DNA of 63,924 nucleotides, the filler included. It is 6 parts of 6 records of this genome, joined end to end, with 100 filler letters (N's around TTAATTAATTAA, not from the genome) between each part and the next. Parts side by side here need not be neighbours in the genome. Positions count along the whole stretch, not along the records: positions 13,405 to 38,031 come from SRR2962707_4760; positions 38,132 to 51,919 come from SRR2962707_4761; 4 more parts are not named here. One strand, written 5' to 3'. Below, in pieces: positions 31,539 to 44,100 of the stretch. The first letter of the stretch is position 1; each line of letters starts with the position of its first letter. The position numbers and the translations under genes are program-made. The notes beneath the pieces are model-generated. The model ran no database searches, was not told the DNA's origin, and was given only the letters and a program-made list of their open reading frames with translations.

Positions 31539-33389
31539 ATGCAAGCCAGACGTGAGTCCGAATTGTCGGCACTGCAAAACGAGATACTTGAGTCCGTGGC
31601 CAAGGGCGTTTCCTTTGCCAAGGTAGCCGATACCCTGTGCCGCCGTGCGGAGGCGCTCGCCCCTGGAGCCATTTGCACAATTGCTGCAATCGATTCCAAA
31701 GATCTGATCCATCCGGTTGCCGGTCCCAGTCTGCCGCAGACCTATGGCGAGGCGATCGATGGCGTTCCGATCGGGCCTGCGGTGGGGTCGTGTGGCACAG
31801 CTGCCTATCGCGGCACACCCGTGGAGGTCACCGACATCGCCACAGATCCACTGTGGAAGGAATTCAGCGCACTTGTGCTTCCCCTTGGGATGAAAGCCTG
31901 CTGGTCCAGCCCGATCAAGTCGCCTGAGGGTCGAGTGGTGGGCACGTTTGCATTCTATTACTGGCAACCCCGCGGGCCCAGCGACCTAGAGCGGCAACTG
32001 GTTGATACCTGTGTCCACCTTTGCTCCATCGCAATGGAGCGCGATGAAGTCAGCCGCCGGCTCAAGCATCTTGCCTATCATGATCAGCTGACCGGGCTTT
32101 CCAACCGCCATTCCTTTAACGAACGCGTCGCAAAGAAAATGGCCTCTCCGCCGCAGAACTTCGGATTGTTGATGTTGGATATTGACAACATGAAGCTGGT
32201 CAATGACAGCATGGGACACTCCGTTGGCGACGCCATGATCTGCGAAGTCGGCCGCCGTCTTGCTTCTTTCGGTAAAGAGATCACTGTCTACCGCCTGGGC
32301 GGCGACGAGTTTGCCGTCATTTGCGCCAGGTGCAGTGATTCCGAAATGCTGGCGACCCTCGCCAACCGTCTGCTTCGCCAGATGGAGCAGCCCTTTGAAT
32401 GCGAAGGCAACTCCATCATGTTGCAGATCACCATTGGTGGCGTGCTGAGCAAAATGGATGGCACCTCTGCAGATGTCTTGCGGCAGAATGCCGATCTGGC
32501 GCTTTACCATGCCAAGCAGACCGCACGCGGCGACTATATCCATTTTGAACCTGGTTTGCGCACCTCGATCCAGTGCCGTACCGAACAGATCGCGCTGCTG
32601 GACAGGGCGCTTGACGAGGACCGGGTCTTTGCCCACTTCCAGCCGGTTGTGTGTATTCGCAGGGCAAAGATCATTGGTGTAGAGGCTTTGGCCCGCATCT
32701 GCACCGATGAAGGAGACATCATCAGTGCCGGTGCGTTTTCCCTGGGATTGAGCGATTCCAAGAACGCCTTTCGCCTGACAAGTCGGATGCTGGATCAGAT
32801 CGCCAGCAACATGCGCGCCTGGATGGATGAGGGGCTGGAACTGAGCCACGTGGCCGTCAACCTCTCCACGGTTGATTTCCAGCGTGGCAACCTCGAAGAC
32901 CGGCTGCGGGCGCCATTTGAGGTATATGGAGTGCCGTTGCACCACCTACAGATAGAAGTCACCGAAAATGTCTTGATGAACCAGGAGGTCGTCAGTCAGG
33001 TTGCCCGGCTGCGGGAACAGGGCATGAAGGTGGCGCTTGACGATTTTGGAACGGGTTTCGCCTCGCTCAGCCATCTGAAGGATTTTCCGCTCGACTACAT
33101 CAAAGTCGACAAATCCTTTATCGACAATCTGCTGTCCGATATCGCCTGCGGCGCAATCGTCGAGGCGTTGATTTCCGTGGCGCAGAAGATGCAGATCGGC
33201 ATTGTCGCTGAAGGGATCGAGACCGCAGAGCAGGCGACCCGCCTTCTCGAAATCGGCTGCCCTCTGGGCCAGGGATACCATTATTTCCGCCCGGTCGACG
33301 GTGACACCATCGCCACATTGCTGCGGTCTTTTGACAACGCCGCTGCGAAACCGGCCAATGGTAAAGATAGCCGGCGCAACCAGGCTTAG
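31539..33389 (+). CDS. GAF-GGDEF-EAL diguanylate cyclase/phosphodiesterase
   Basis: GAF (GSCGTAAY...DIATDPLW...CWSSPI), HDQLTGL.NR, RLGGDEF, VEALAR, DDFGTG, IKVDKSF, AEGIET and QGY. Confidence 0.94.
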   Translation: MQARRESELSALQNEILESVAKGVSFAKVADTLCRRAEALAPGAICTIAAIDSKDLIHPVAGPSLPQTYGEAIDGVPIGPAVGSCGTAAYRGTPVEVTDIATDPLWKEFSALVLPLGMKACWSSPIKSPEGRVVGTFAFYYWQPRGPSDLERQLVDTCVHLCSIAMERDEVSRRLKHLAYHDQLTGLSNRHSFNERVAKKMASPPQNFGLLMLDIDNMKLVNDSMGHSVGDAMICEVGRRLASFGKEITVYRLGGDEFAVICARCSDSEMLATLANRLLRQMEQPFECEGNSIMLQITIGGVLSKMDGTSADVLRQNADLALYHAKQTARGDYIHFEPGLRTSIQCRTEQIALLDRALDEDRVFAHFQPVVCIRRAKIIGVEALARICTDEGDIISAGAFSLGLSDSKNAFRLTSRMLDQIASNMRAWMDEGLELSHVAVNLSTVDFQRGNLEDRLRAPFEVYGVPLHHLQIEVTENVLMNQEVVSQVARLREQGMKVALDDFGTGFASLSHLKDFPLDYIKVDKSFIDNLLSDIACGAIVEALISVAQKMQIGIVAEGIETAEQATRLLEIGCPLGQGYHYFRPVDGDTIATLLRSFDNAAAKPANGKDSRRNQA

Positions 33390-33468
33390 CCCCATTCGGT
33401 GCAAGCATGGCTCCATCACCAGATCGACGGGCCTGGAGTACCTGAAATAGGAATGCAGCCCTACCCGT

Positions 33469-34089
33469 TCAGTGAAAGGCAACCGGCGGATCGCCTGGCT
33501 GCCATTGCGGATATTTTTCCATGATGTGGGCAAACCGGTCCGAAGCCAGAAAACGCTCGAGCCATCCCTGCAAGCTTGGCCACGGCTGAGCGTCAAACCA
33601 GGCCTTGTCGATGAAGGCGAATTGCCGGACGAACGGCAGGATCGCGAAGTCGGCCAGTGTCGGTTGATCATAAATCCAGTCACCGATTGTCTGATCAAGA
33701 TCGGTGAGGAAGCTGGCCGCGATGTCACGCTGACTTGAGGGATCAACATCCGGATAGCGGTTTGCGTATTTGGTTCGGTCCAGCGCAGCTTTGAACGGAC
33801 CGTCGGCACGGGCAATCCACTCAAACCCCGCCTCCGGCATCTCCAGCCAGCCTTCCGGATCTCGCCGGTGCAGAGCCCAGATCATCACATCAAGGCTTTC
33901 GTCGATCACGCAATCGGCGGTGATCAGACAAGGCACCGTTGCGCTCGGCGAGGCTTCGAGGAAGTCGGCCGGCTTGTCGCGCAAAACGATTTCCCGCAAC
34001 TCGACCTCAAGGCCTGCAGATGCAATGGCCAGACGCGCACGCATGGCATAGGGGCATCGGCGAAACGAATAGAGAACCGGATTTGTCAT
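33469..34089 (-). CDS. glutathione S-transferase
   Basis: LYSFRRCPYAMRARLA, TVP, DESLD and LADFAILPFVRQFA. Confidence 0.92.
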   Translation of the reverse strand: MTNPVLYSFRRCPYAMRARLAIASAGLEVELREIVLRDKPADFLEASPSATVPCLITADCVIDESLDVMIWALHRRDPEGWLEMPEAGFEWIARADGPFKAALDRTKYANRYPDVDPSSQRDIAASFLTDLDQTIGDWIYDQPTLADFAILPFVRQFAFIDKAWFDAQPWPSLQGWLERFLASDRFAHIMEKYPQWQPGDPPVAFH

Positions 34090-34170
34090 GTCTCTCGCTG
34101 TAGCAAACCCGGCACGGTTTTCAAACCGGGGTCTTCAGTCAGCTGCGCCGATACCAGTTCAGCGGCTAAG

Positions 34171-35088
34171 CTATTTGCCCCAGTTCAGCGCCATCACATC
34201 GAGGTCTTTTGCCAGCTCGATCAGGCGGATTCTGGTGCGCTCCGACATCGGCTTCAACGGGTGGCGAACATGGTCGCTCTTGATCACCCCTCCTTCCTTG
34301 AAGACCGCCTTGGCAGCGCGCAAGCCACACTGCCGGTTCTCGTGATTGATCAATGGCAGGCAGTTTTGCCACTGCTCGAGCGCGGCCTGTTTGTCGCCGG
34401 CAAGATAATGCGTGACGATCGGCCGGATCTTTTCCGGAAACATCGCCGATGTCATCGTGCCGGTGGCGCCCGCATCGAGGTCGGCAAGCAGCGTCACCGC
34501 TTCTTCGCCGTCAAACGGCCCGTCGATATGCTCGCCCGCAGCTTCGATCAGGGCCGCGAGCTTGTCGGCTGCAAACGGGCATTCGATCTTGAAGTAGGAC
34601 ACGTTCTCAATTTCACGCGCCATCCGCGCCAGCAGATCAACAGTCAGGGTGACGCCCGACAGCGGCGCATCCTGCACCATGATCGGGATCGAGATGGCGT
34701 TGCTGACCGCTTCGAAATGCTCAAAGATCCCCTGTGGCGCTGCCGACAGTCCGGTGCCGTGATAGGGCGGCATCATCATGATCATCGACGCGCCCATCGA
34801 TTGCGCCGCTGTGGCGCGCTGTGTGGCAATCTCTGTCGAGAAATGGCTGGTGGTGACAATCACCGGCACCCTGCCCGCCGCATGCTCAAGGCTCAGCCGC
34901 ATCAGCAATGTGCGCTCATCGTCCGAGAGCAGAAACTGCTCAGAGTAATTGGCAAGAATGCAGATCGCGTCAACGCCCTGGTCGATCATGCAATCGATCA
35001 CCCGGCGCATGCCATCCTCGTCCAGCCGGCCATCGGCATGAAACGGTGTCGGAGCGACGGGAAGAATATTGGCGAGCGGTTGCTTCAT
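34171..35088 (-). CDS. DapA-family protein, probable L-2-keto-3-deoxyarabonate dehydratase
   Basis: PVAPTPF, ILANYSEQF, MMMPPY, MVQDAP, YFKIE and GPFDGEEA, within an oxidative L-arabinose cluster. Confidence 0.85.
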   Translation of the reverse strand: MKQPLANILPVAPTPFHADGRLDEDGMRRVIDCMIDQGVDAICILANYSEQFLLSDDERTLLMRLSLEHAAGRVPVIVTTSHFSTEIATQRATAAQSMGASMIMMMPPYHGTGLSAAPQGIFEHFEAVSNAISIPIMVQDAPLSGVTLTVDLLARMAREIENVSYFKIECPFAADKLAALIEAAGEHIDGPFDGEEAVTLLADLDAGATGTMTSAMFPEKIRPIVTHYLAGDKQAALEQWQNCLPLINHENRQCGLRAAKAVFKEGGVIKSDHVRHPLKPMSERTRIRLIELAKDLDVMALNWGK

Positions 35089-35183
35089 CGTTTTGTCCTT
35101 TTGGGGAATACCGCGTGAACGCCCTGGCAAAACTGTGCCGGCGGTCCTGCGGAAAGTCTGGAACTCAGCGCAACGTGCAGGCG

Positions 35184-36122
35184 CTACTCGATAAACGGTT
35201 CGACGCTGATGCGTTTGCCCAGCAGAAAGGCGTCAGCGACATGCGCCATGGGGGACAGATCCATGTCGATCGCCCTGCCCCGCACCAGACGGGCCATGTT
35301 GGCGTAAAGCCGCGGGTACTCTCCCTGCAGCGCATTGTCTGCGCTGGCGGCGGTCTGGGTCTCGCCGTTGATCGAAAGGGTTGCGCCGCCTTCAGACAGC
35401 TCCAGGCTACCCTGATCCGTTTCGATGGCAATGTTCCAGAACTGATCACCCTCCTTACGGAAATCCAGCTCCGCGCTGACCTGGGCCCCATGCGGATGGG
35501 TGAACGTCAGATTGGCGGCAATCGGGGTTTCGCAATTTTCCGGAATCAGCAGCTCAGACGTCGCAACATGCATCGCATCCGGCAGGATTTCCGTCACGAT
35601 GGACAGCGCGTTGATGCCGGGATCGAAAACGCCCAGACCACCGGCTTCCCAGATCCAGGTCTGGCCCGGATGCCATTTGCGCACATCCTCCTTCCAGGTC
35701 ACCACAAGGCTGCGCAGGATCTTGCCCTTGAGCCAGGCCTTGGCCGTCGCCACCATCGCCGCTTCCCGTGAGTGCCAGGTCGCGTAGATCGAAACCCCCG
35801 CGTCTCTCGCCATCGCCTCCAGCGCATGGCATTCTGACAACGTCGCACCGGGCGGCTTTTCCAGCATCACGTGGCGTCCACCGCGGATCGCAGCCTTGGC
35901 GTAGGCAAATCGCGGAACCGGCGGCATGCACAGCGATACGGCCTCGATGTCAGGCCGTGACTTCAGCATGGCGTGGAAATCGTCATAGGCCTCGACCCCG
36001 TCAACTGTCGCGTGACGCGAGACGGTCGCAGCCAGCTCCCATTCGGTAGAGGCTATCAGGGCCGGTATGTGCTGGTCGCGGGCGATCTTGCCAATGCCCG
36101 CAAGGGCGATCTTGATCGGCAT
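35184..36122 (-). CDS. Gfo/Idh/MocA oxidoreductase, L-arabinose/D-galactose 1-dehydrogenase
   Basis: GIGKIARDQHIP, HVMLEKPPG, WKEDVRKWHPGQ and GVFDPGINALS. ATG overlaps the upstream TGA. Confidence 0.9.
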   Translation of the reverse strand: MPIKIALAGIGKIARDQHIPALIASTEWELAATVSRHATVDGVEAYDDFHAMLKSRPDIEAVSLCMPPVPRFAYAKAAIRGGRHVMLEKPPGATLSECHALEAMARDAGVSIYATWHSREAAMVATAKAWLKGKILRSLVVTWKEDVRKWHPGQTWIWEAGGLGVFDPGINALSIVTEILPDAMHVATSELLIPENCETPIAANLTFTHPHGAQVSAELDFRKEGDQFWNIAIETDQGSLELSEGGATLSINGETQTAASADNALQGEYPRLYANMARLVRGRAIDMDLSPMAHVADAFLLGKRISVEPFIE

Positions 36123-37864
36123 CAGTGCGAATCCTTTCCAACTGGTGATCCTCGGCACCCGATCAGGAAATCCAGATCGGCGCCAGTGTCTGCACCTTGT
36201 ATGTGGGTCTGGTGCAGCCAGGCATAGCCTGACGGCGCAGTGGCAGCGGCAGGCTTCCAGGCCTTCAGTCGGGCCGCCATCTCGTCGTCGGAAATGTCGA
36301 CATGGATGCTGCGTGCCTCCACATCCAGATCGATCATGTCGCCGTCCTGAACCACTGCCAGCGGCCCGCCATCGGCGGCTTCCGGCGATGTGTGCAGGAT
36401 GACCGTGCCATAGGCTGTACCCGACATGCGGGCGTCCGATATCCGCACCATGTCGGTGATGCCCTTTTTCAAAACCTTGGGCGGCAGCCCCATATTGCCG
36501 ACCTCTGCCATGCCGGGATAGCCTTTCGGGCCGCAGTTTTTCAGCACCATCACGCAAGTCTCGTCAATGTCGAGCGCGTCGTCGTTGATCTTGGCCTTGT
36601 AGTCGTCAATGTCTTCGAACACCACGGCCCGGCCGCGGTGCTTGAGCAGGTGCTCAGATGCAGCCGATGGTTTGATGACTGCTCCCTTGGGCGCCAGGTT
36701 GCCCTTCAGCACCGCAATGCCACCTTCCGGCGTCAAGGCTTTCTCGACGGGCCGGATGACGTCCTCATTGGTGTTGATGGCGCCCTTCACCTCGTCCCAG
36801 ATGGCGGTGCCACTGACGGTCATTGCGTCCTTGTGCAGCAGCCCGGCGTCGCCCAGATGCTTGAGCACCACCGGCAGGCCGCCGGCATAAAAGAACTCTT
36901 CCATCAGGTATTTTCCCGACGGCATCAGGTTGACGATGGTTGCGACTTCGCGTCCGCAACGGTCCCAGTCGTCAAGCGTCAGATCAACGCCTACCCGCCC
37001 GGCAATTGCCAGCAGATGGATGACCGCATTGGTCGACCCACCAATGGCGCCATTGGTTCTAATGGCATTTTCAAAGGCCTGCTTGGTCATCACGTCAGAT
37101 GGTTTGAGGTCATCCTTGACCATGTCGACAATGCGGCGTCCGGACATCTGCGCCATCACCCGGCGGCGGCTGTCGACGGCCGGAATGGCGGCGTTGCCCG
37201 ACAGTGCCATACCCAGCGCTTCGGCCATCGAGGCCATGGTCGAGGCGGTGCCCATGGTGTTGCAGGTGCCAGCAGAGCGCGACATCGAGGCTTCAGCTTC
37301 AAGGAAGTCTTCCGCCGACATTTCTCCGGCTTTGACGGCCTCGGAGAATTTCCACAGATGCGTGCCAGAGCCTACCCGCTCGCCGCGGAAATAGCCGTTG
37401 AGCATCGGTCCACCGGTCACCACGATCGAAGGCAGATCGGTGGATGCCGCCCCCATCAGCAGGCTCGGCGTGGTCTTGTCGCAACCCACCAGCAGCACGA
37501 CGCCATCCATCGGTTGGCCGCGAATGGTCTCCTCAACGGCAAGGGCTGCGAGGTTGCGGTACATCATCGCGGTAGGCCGGAATGTGCTTTCCGACGCCGA
37601 GAAAACCGGCACTTCAACCGGAAAGCCGCCGGCTTCGTAGACACCGTTCTTCACCCGGTCCGCAAGTTCGCGCAGATGGGCGTTGCACGGGGTCAGCTCC
37701 GACCAGGTGTTGAGAATGCCGATCACCGGACGGCCATCGAACATGTCGTGGGTAAAACCCTGGTTCTTCATCCAGCCGCGGTGGTAGATCTGATCGCGGC
37801 CTGTGCCGCCGAACCATTCCTGGGAACGGAGTTTACGCGGCCATTGTGCTGGTTTGAATGTCAT
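36122..37864 (-). CDS. araD: L-arabinonate dehydratase (IlvD/Edd family)
   Basis: WPRKLRSQEW, TPCN, GCDKT, CNTMGTAS, SDARMSGT and C-terminal GKDSH, closely matching the rhizobial L-arabinonate dehydratases. Confidence 0.9.
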   Translation of the reverse strand: MTFKPAQWPRKLRSQEWFGGTGRDQIYHRGWMKNQGFTHDMFDGRPVIGILNTWSELTPCNAHLRELADRVKNGVYEAGGFPVEVPVFSASESTFRPTAMMYRNLAALAVEETIRGQPMDGVVLLVGCDKTTPSLLMGAASTDLPSIVVTGGPMLNGYFRGERVGSGTHLWKFSEAVKAGEMSAEDFLEAEASMSRSAGTCNTMGTASTMASMAEALGMALSGNAAIPAVDSRRRVMAQMSGRRIVDMVKDDLKPSDVMTKQAFENAIRTNGAIGGSTNAVIHLLAIAGRVGVDLTLDDWDRCGREVATIVNLMPSGKYLMEEFFYAGGLPVVLKHLGDAGLLHKDAMTVSGTAIWDEVKGAINTNEDVIRPVEKALTPEGGIAVLKGNLAPKGAVIKPSAASEHLLKHRGRAVVFEDIDDYKAKINDDALDIDETCVMVLKNCGPKGYPGMAEVGNMGLPPKVLKKGITDMVRISDARMSGTAYGTVILHTSPEAADGGPLAVVQDGDMIDLDVEARSIHVDISDDEMAARLKAWKPAAATAPSGYAWLHQTHIQGADTGADLDFLIGCRGSPVGKDSH

Positions 37865-37922
37865 CTGTTTTCCGAAACCCATGTTGCGCGTGTTGCGGCA
37901 GCAAGTGGCTTCTCCCTTTGCA

Positions 37923-38030
37923 TCAGCTTTGTTTGTTCTTGTTGTAGACGTCGAAAATAACCGCAGCGAGCAGCACCAGGCCCTTGATGACCTGCTGGTA
38001 ATCGATGCCGATGCCCATGATCGACATGCC
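37923..38030 (-). CDS. 3' fragment of multiple-monosaccharide ABC permease (GguB/MmsB)
   Basis: Translates GMSIMGIGIDYQQVIKGLVLLAAVIFDVYNKNKQS*; truncated by the contig end. Confidence 0.85.
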   Translation of the reverse strand, partial: GMSIMGIGIDYQQVIKGLVLLAAVIFDVYNKNKQS

Positions 38031-38031
38031 G

Positions 38032-38131
38032 NNNNNNNNNNNNNNNNNNNNNNNNNNNNNNNNNNNNNNNNNNNNTTAATTAATTAANNNNNNNNNNNNN
38101 NNNNNNNNNNNNNNNNNNNNNNNNNNNNNNN
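38032..38131. other. artificial contig linker
   Basis: N44-TTAATTAATTAA-N44. Confidence 0.98.
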
Positions 38132-41100
38132 AACAGCAGCAGCAGCAGCAACAGCAGCAGCGTCGTCGTCTTCCGTGGACACGCACCAGGTATTGCAGGG
38201 CGGGTTGGCTGCTATCGCTGCACTGCGCCTCAAAACGTCGCCGCGCGCTGCCAAAAGCAGGTCAGCATTGGATTTTGACGATGGTCGGAAAGTTGTCACG
38301 CCTACATCCACTGCAGGCGCACTTCTCACTCCCAGCCCTCGCCGCGACAGCCCCGTGCGACGGACTTCGTGGAGCGAGCGAATGAAAGCGGCTGCGCTTG
38401 CCACGTCACGAAACCGAACTGATGTGATTGCTGGTTCACCCGGGCGAGTGCTGATTCGCCTCGCGGCTCGTGCACGGGCGAATGCAGCGTTAAAGTCACC
38501 ACGGTTGTTGTCTGCTGCAGGAGGAGGGGCAGATGGTGGGGCTCTGACTGACGATGGGCGTAGTTCCAACGCGCCGTCGCCTGTCGGAGCTGCTGGGAGA
38601 ATGGGACCCAGTCGGCGCCCATCTGATACGCTGCGTTTGCAAGCAGCTTTGGGGCAGCACAGCACGACACCCGGAGCCGGAGGCTCAGCAGGGCAAATCG
38701 AGAACTTTGCCCAAGATGCCATTTTCCACAGTCCGCCAGTCATGAGTCGTCATAATAGCATTGGAACGTACGAGGAGCTCCAGAAATCTCCAGGCGTGGC
38801 TCAAATTCCCGCTGGAAGAGGCCGTCGGTTGAGCGCCGCATCAAGAGCAGCCGTTCATGAGAGACGCGTGGTTGCAAAACAGCGTCGAGAGGATATGGAG
38901 AAGATTGTCGCTGACCGACTCAAAGATTTGAAAACATACCTTGCTTCCACTTTCCTTATTTGCAGCATTGATCCCACTCATTACCGCTGGTGAGAACGTC
39001 GATGGTAAACTCTTGTGTGGGCTCCATGGGCATGAATGTTGTGTGTTGATTTTGGATGTTTCTTCGCATCGTGTTTGTAGGGCCAATGATAGTTACTCAG
39101 CTTGGGGACTGGGGGGAGATCTGCGCAATCGCAAACTTTACCGCGCTAAAGTCGACTCGCAGTTCAATCCTTCTTCATTCGACGTTGTAAAAATTCTTGA
39201 CGGTATTTTCCCCTGCGGATTGCGTCCCTCCTTTGAGCATTGCATGGATGGTGCCACATCAGCAGGGCCGGCAACGCATTCACCAACCAAAACGGAGGCG
39301 AATAACTGTTCCGGCAGCATGGGCACAGACATACCACCGCACATGTCTACAAAGCGGCATTCGTTCCTCATCACAAACGAAGCTGCCCAAAAGACATACG
39401 TGTCGTGCCTGGTGTGGCGAGAACGTTTTGAACCAACACTCGAGTTCATTCTCAACGACGACGAAGTATGCACGATGTTTGAGGCGCACTTAGACACGGA
39501 GGGGGCAAACGACGACCAGCTACGGCATGACTTTGAAGTTGTGAAGCTAATTCACCGTCTCGTATGCTCGACCGGGATGCATGACAGTTGCTCCTCAGTT
39601 TCTCGAACATCTGCCGCTGCTGGAGAAGATTCAGGAGATGAACTTCCGCATTTGGAGTCGGCCTTACTTCTTCAGGTTGAACAGTATGCCAAGCAACACG
39701 AACTGAAGTTCTCGAAGGAGCACCCGGAAAACTTACTTCAACAAGTAGTTCAGAAATCTCGGTTGCGGGCGTACATCGCATCCTTTCACATGTAGGTGTT
39801 GGACAACGTGGGGTTTTTGTTTCAAACGCGGCTGTTAGGGCTTGCTGCTGTTGCGCGTGGGCTGTTCGTGGGTTTCTTTGCTTGAGCCATGACTGCAGGC
39901 GAATCCTGGCAGTCAGAAGTGCTCACATTGAGCGCAACAATTGCTGCTTCACTTTCTTGAACATGAACATTTCAGGTTTGCACCTCGCGCCATTGCAGTC
40001 ACGTCCGATTTTCCGTATTTCGAAACGTTTGGACAATTCCTGCAACAAGTACACCGCCTTGTATTTACTGGGTCGAGCATTGGGTTGCCCATTGAGCGCA
40101 TTATTCAGTTTTTTATGACAGATATTCCTCGTCCGCCTCGTGGCTATGTGACGGTCCAATTCAGACTGACTGAGGCACAGGACTCAGAAGCACCTTTAAT
40201 GTCGATTTCGGGTGCCCCGCGAAATGCAATGCCGAAGATTCACTTTGACATGCGACCGACATTCGCGGCACTTAGACCGGCGTCCATCGTGCGCATTTTT
40301 GGGTGCTTGCTCCTGGAGATGCGGGTTGTGATTTGTGGCAGCGACCTCGACCTTGTGTTTAGTAGCTGTGAGACGTTTCGGCATCTGCTTTTCCCATTCA
40401 ATTGGCAGCATCCATACATCCCGGTATTTGCGTAAGTGGGCATCTTTAATTCCAAAAGGCACAGTTTTCCAGCGAACCGTTGTGAAACATGTATGTATGA
40501 CTTGAGTGTCCGACCTGATGCGTAAATGTGAACGAATGCCAGGTACCCATGGATGCCACTCTTGCGAGCGCCAGTCCCCTTCTTTGTTGGCATGCCGGCG
40601 TCGCTTCTTACCGATGATCTCAGGAACGCTTTGTGCTCCTCTGGGGTTGTGATTGTGGACCTGGACAAGCATGCTGTCACTGGTACGGCATTGTCTGCTT
40701 TGGTGTCCGTCACCCTATGACATGTTGGCGATTCAGTGCATGTGGGGTGCTTTTGTCAAGTTATTTCCTGTTTGCTTACGTCCATGAATGTGAGGGTTTT
40801 GATGACAGTTGTCTGGTGTGCATCTAGGCGTTCGAACAGCTCACCGACAGGTTTCAGAAATGTACGGTCTTGCTGACCGTAACAACCCGTTTTCCGTACA
40901 GACCAGCAACACCGTTCTGCCGGTGTTCTATTACAACCAACTTCATTCGCAGCTTGAGAAGCTTTGCAACAGTTTGTCTGTTGCAGAAGCCCTAACAGCA
41001 GAGGTGAGCCAAGATCGGGGCTATTCCACTTCAGCGGTCAACGCTAATGCCGAAGCTGCTGCAGGGGCCGCGGCTGCCTTTGAGAAGGGAGTGCGGCAAG

Positions 41101-44100
41101 CTTTTGTGGACGTGCTTGCTCAATACATGCATGGGTATGATACCTTCGTCAACTGGGAATGGGCAACAATGCTGCCTGACGCAGGCAGTGGAAACCAATC
41201 GCTGGCAGGCGATGAAGAAACTGGCGAATCGCATGGCACGGCTGAAATGCGGACGGAAAGAAGCTCAATTTTTGATACAGAAGGATTTATTCGAACTCGC
41301 GAACACAAGTATGGTGCCTCGGAGGAATTCTTTCGTGGGTTCCCTGAAACCTCGCTCTTCACGGAGTTCCTTCACAAGAGGATCTGGTCATACGAACCTT
41401 CAGCTGAGCAAATGTTCTTCGACTACTCCATCAATCGCAACACTGAGGAAAGCCGTGCATTCTTTGACGATGATGTCGCTGGTGCCAAGACTGAGGGAAG
41501 TATTTCAACTGGCTTTGGCACCGTGGGAGCAAACTTGGTCGGTGTGGACGCTGGTTCGCGCCAACGGAGCTTGTTGCGCGCGTCGTCCGAACGAAAGTTA
41601 GCAAGTAGCGCGCGTCCTATCTACATTGCACCCCCAGATCAAATTCATGGTTCAGAAACTGTTCTCATTGTTGGCACGGTATGTATCGCCGCGGTTTGAC
41701 AAGATTTGCTTGGAAACTTTGCGCACGGCTCAACCAATTCCTCTCATCGCAATGTTGCGTATTGTTTGTAGAGATATTTAATCTCTGCGCCGTTTCATGG
41801 CAAGCCGGTGGAAAGGTTTCCTCGGCTCCGCATGGAGTGTTTTTCTGGAGTGTCCGACTCCGATCAAGAGGCTGTTGCCCGCGCTGCGGCGAAGGTTGCG
41901 CGAGCTCATGATGCAGACTCGGACGATTCATTTTCGTCCAGTGACGAGGAACACGACACAAATACAAGAACAGCCACAGACGCAGGTTGTGATGGTTCGC
42001 TCAAACACACCAAGTCCTTCACTGAGGCAATCGACGAACACTCAAAGGCAGAGCGCGAAGCAGCTGAAGCGCAAACTGAGATTCGCGAACCCTTGGCCAG
42101 GTATGTGATAAAACAACTTTCAGGGTGTCGAAAAGGTTTCTGTTGTTGACCACGTTTCACGTGCTGTGAAATGCTGATTGTGCGTGCAGGTTTAAGTACT
42201 TTTCAATCCTGGGCACCGGGTCCAAGCGCGATAAAGCCATTGTGCTCGACCTGGAAAAGCGCGCCCTTCGAAGCAGTGCCGATTTAGGTGCCAGCGCAGG
42301 TGATCCTTCTACGAGTGAGGGTGGTGATGTGAGAGGATTCACTGTTTTTGATACAACACGCTTAGGGTCCCTCGATAGTTTTCACCGAGGAACCAAGGCA
42401 CGCTTTGCCATGGAGGACGAAGATTTGAACATCATTGTGCACTTTAGTACTCGCATTCTGAACGAACGGTTTAACTGCAGGATGTTGAACACACGACCAA
42501 TTCGAAAGCAGGTGGAACGTGCAATAACCGTTGCTCGAGAGTTTTGTTCCATGCTCGAAGCGTTGTCACGACTTGTGGAACGCCGCGGCAATGTTTTTGC
42601 AAAAACAGTTGGAAGTTTTCAAACCAGCCGTGCAGCGCAGGATCAACCAGGCTTTCTTACCTGCACCGAGGCACAAACAAACCAATCACGACAACACAAA
42701 AAGAACTTCGCAGCTTCCCCTCCACACAATGATTGCAATGCGAAAGATGCAGAATCGCAGGGGGCAAACTCTCAACAAATCAACTCTGCTCAGGCATCGT
42801 CGGTCGACTCGAATGTTAGTTCGAGCAGAATTCGCGGCAATTTTGCATCCATCTCACTTACACCCCCCAAAATGAAGAACCCATTCGGTTCAATGCGAGG
42901 TTTGTCCACGAGCACGGCAGCTTCAAACGCGCATGATGGCATGCTCGATCCGGATGAGGCTTTAGCACAGGTGGTGTGGCCAAATCTATGCGCAGTGCTG
43001 CCCTCCCTGTTGGGGCATATTCGTGGATTGGCTGATAAAGTGAAGTCTATGGTACGTTTTCTGCTTGTGTTGGAACACCAGTTGCATGCGAACTGGGCTC
43101 GAGTGCAACACTGGAGGATTTCCACGTTCATCGTATCTTTTGGAATAACTGCAGGTGCTTACTCCTTTGACTAACCTCTTGCGTCGTTTCGAAAACACGA
43201 GACGTACTTTGAGTGACTACAAAGACAAGCTGATTGAAGACTTATTGACAAGACGAAAAGCTACTGAGCGAGCTCAGAAAGTGTATTTTGATGCTTATTA
43301 CAGAGCGCAAGAGGCACACCATGAACTGGAGGCAGCCTCGCTCGTTCACCAACATGGGTTGGATGCCGATGCAGGAGTGCGTAAGCGCCGAGCAGAGCGC
43401 CTTACCAAAGCTGAGCTCCAAAATGCGGCGTGTCAGGCCAAGGCTTTCAGTGCTGAACTTGCGTTTACAGCTGCGGTGGTAGCGTTGCAGAACTCTTTGC
43501 GGGCCTTTATGACCTCTGGTGACACACTCATTGCCTCCATCAGCGAGGATGACTCCGATTCAGTTCATACGCTTGTGACACTTCTTGGCGCTTTGGCAGA
43601 CTTGGTGCACACAACTGTTGGAAAATCACCAAACGCGGGGTTCCGTGGAGACATTCGGGGCCGTCGACGCATGCTTCGCCAAAACTTGGTTCCTCATCAA
43701 CAAGAAATCGCGTTCGCAGTGCCACAGTCTGCAGAAGAGACGCTTTCACGCAACAGTGCTGGTGAAGGTCGTTTGATTTCCTTGCAATTTGTCTCTGGCT
43801 TGGTGGTGGAACAGGAACTTCCATCAAACGCGAAGCCTGGCGATCGGTTCAGTGCAACCATCCCAATCACTCCTCTTGCAACAATACCATTCGAGTCGGA
43901 AGACGAGCGCCATCGGAAGTATCTGTCTCACACCGACAAGGCGAGCAAGGCGACTTCCGCGGTCGCTCAAAGCTTGAAAGCAATGGTTCTGGCCATCGAC
44001 GCCGTCGTCAAGGGTTCCCCAGAACTCTCCGCCGCGTTGCAGATTCACAAGACTTTCCTGACCTCTGACATTGACTCCCGCACCCGTCATGGTGACGGTT

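Noticed and set aside
36123-36557. Extended 457-aa version of the Gfo/Idh/MocA ORF
   Set aside because: The extension overlaps the dehydratase in another frame. The Rossmann motif begins at ATG 36122.
36302-37960. 552-aa + strand ORF, and similar long antisense ORFs at 33868-35118, 17590-18558 and 31986-32945
   Set aside because: These are antisense shadows of well-supported GC-rich genes and have no recognisable motifs.
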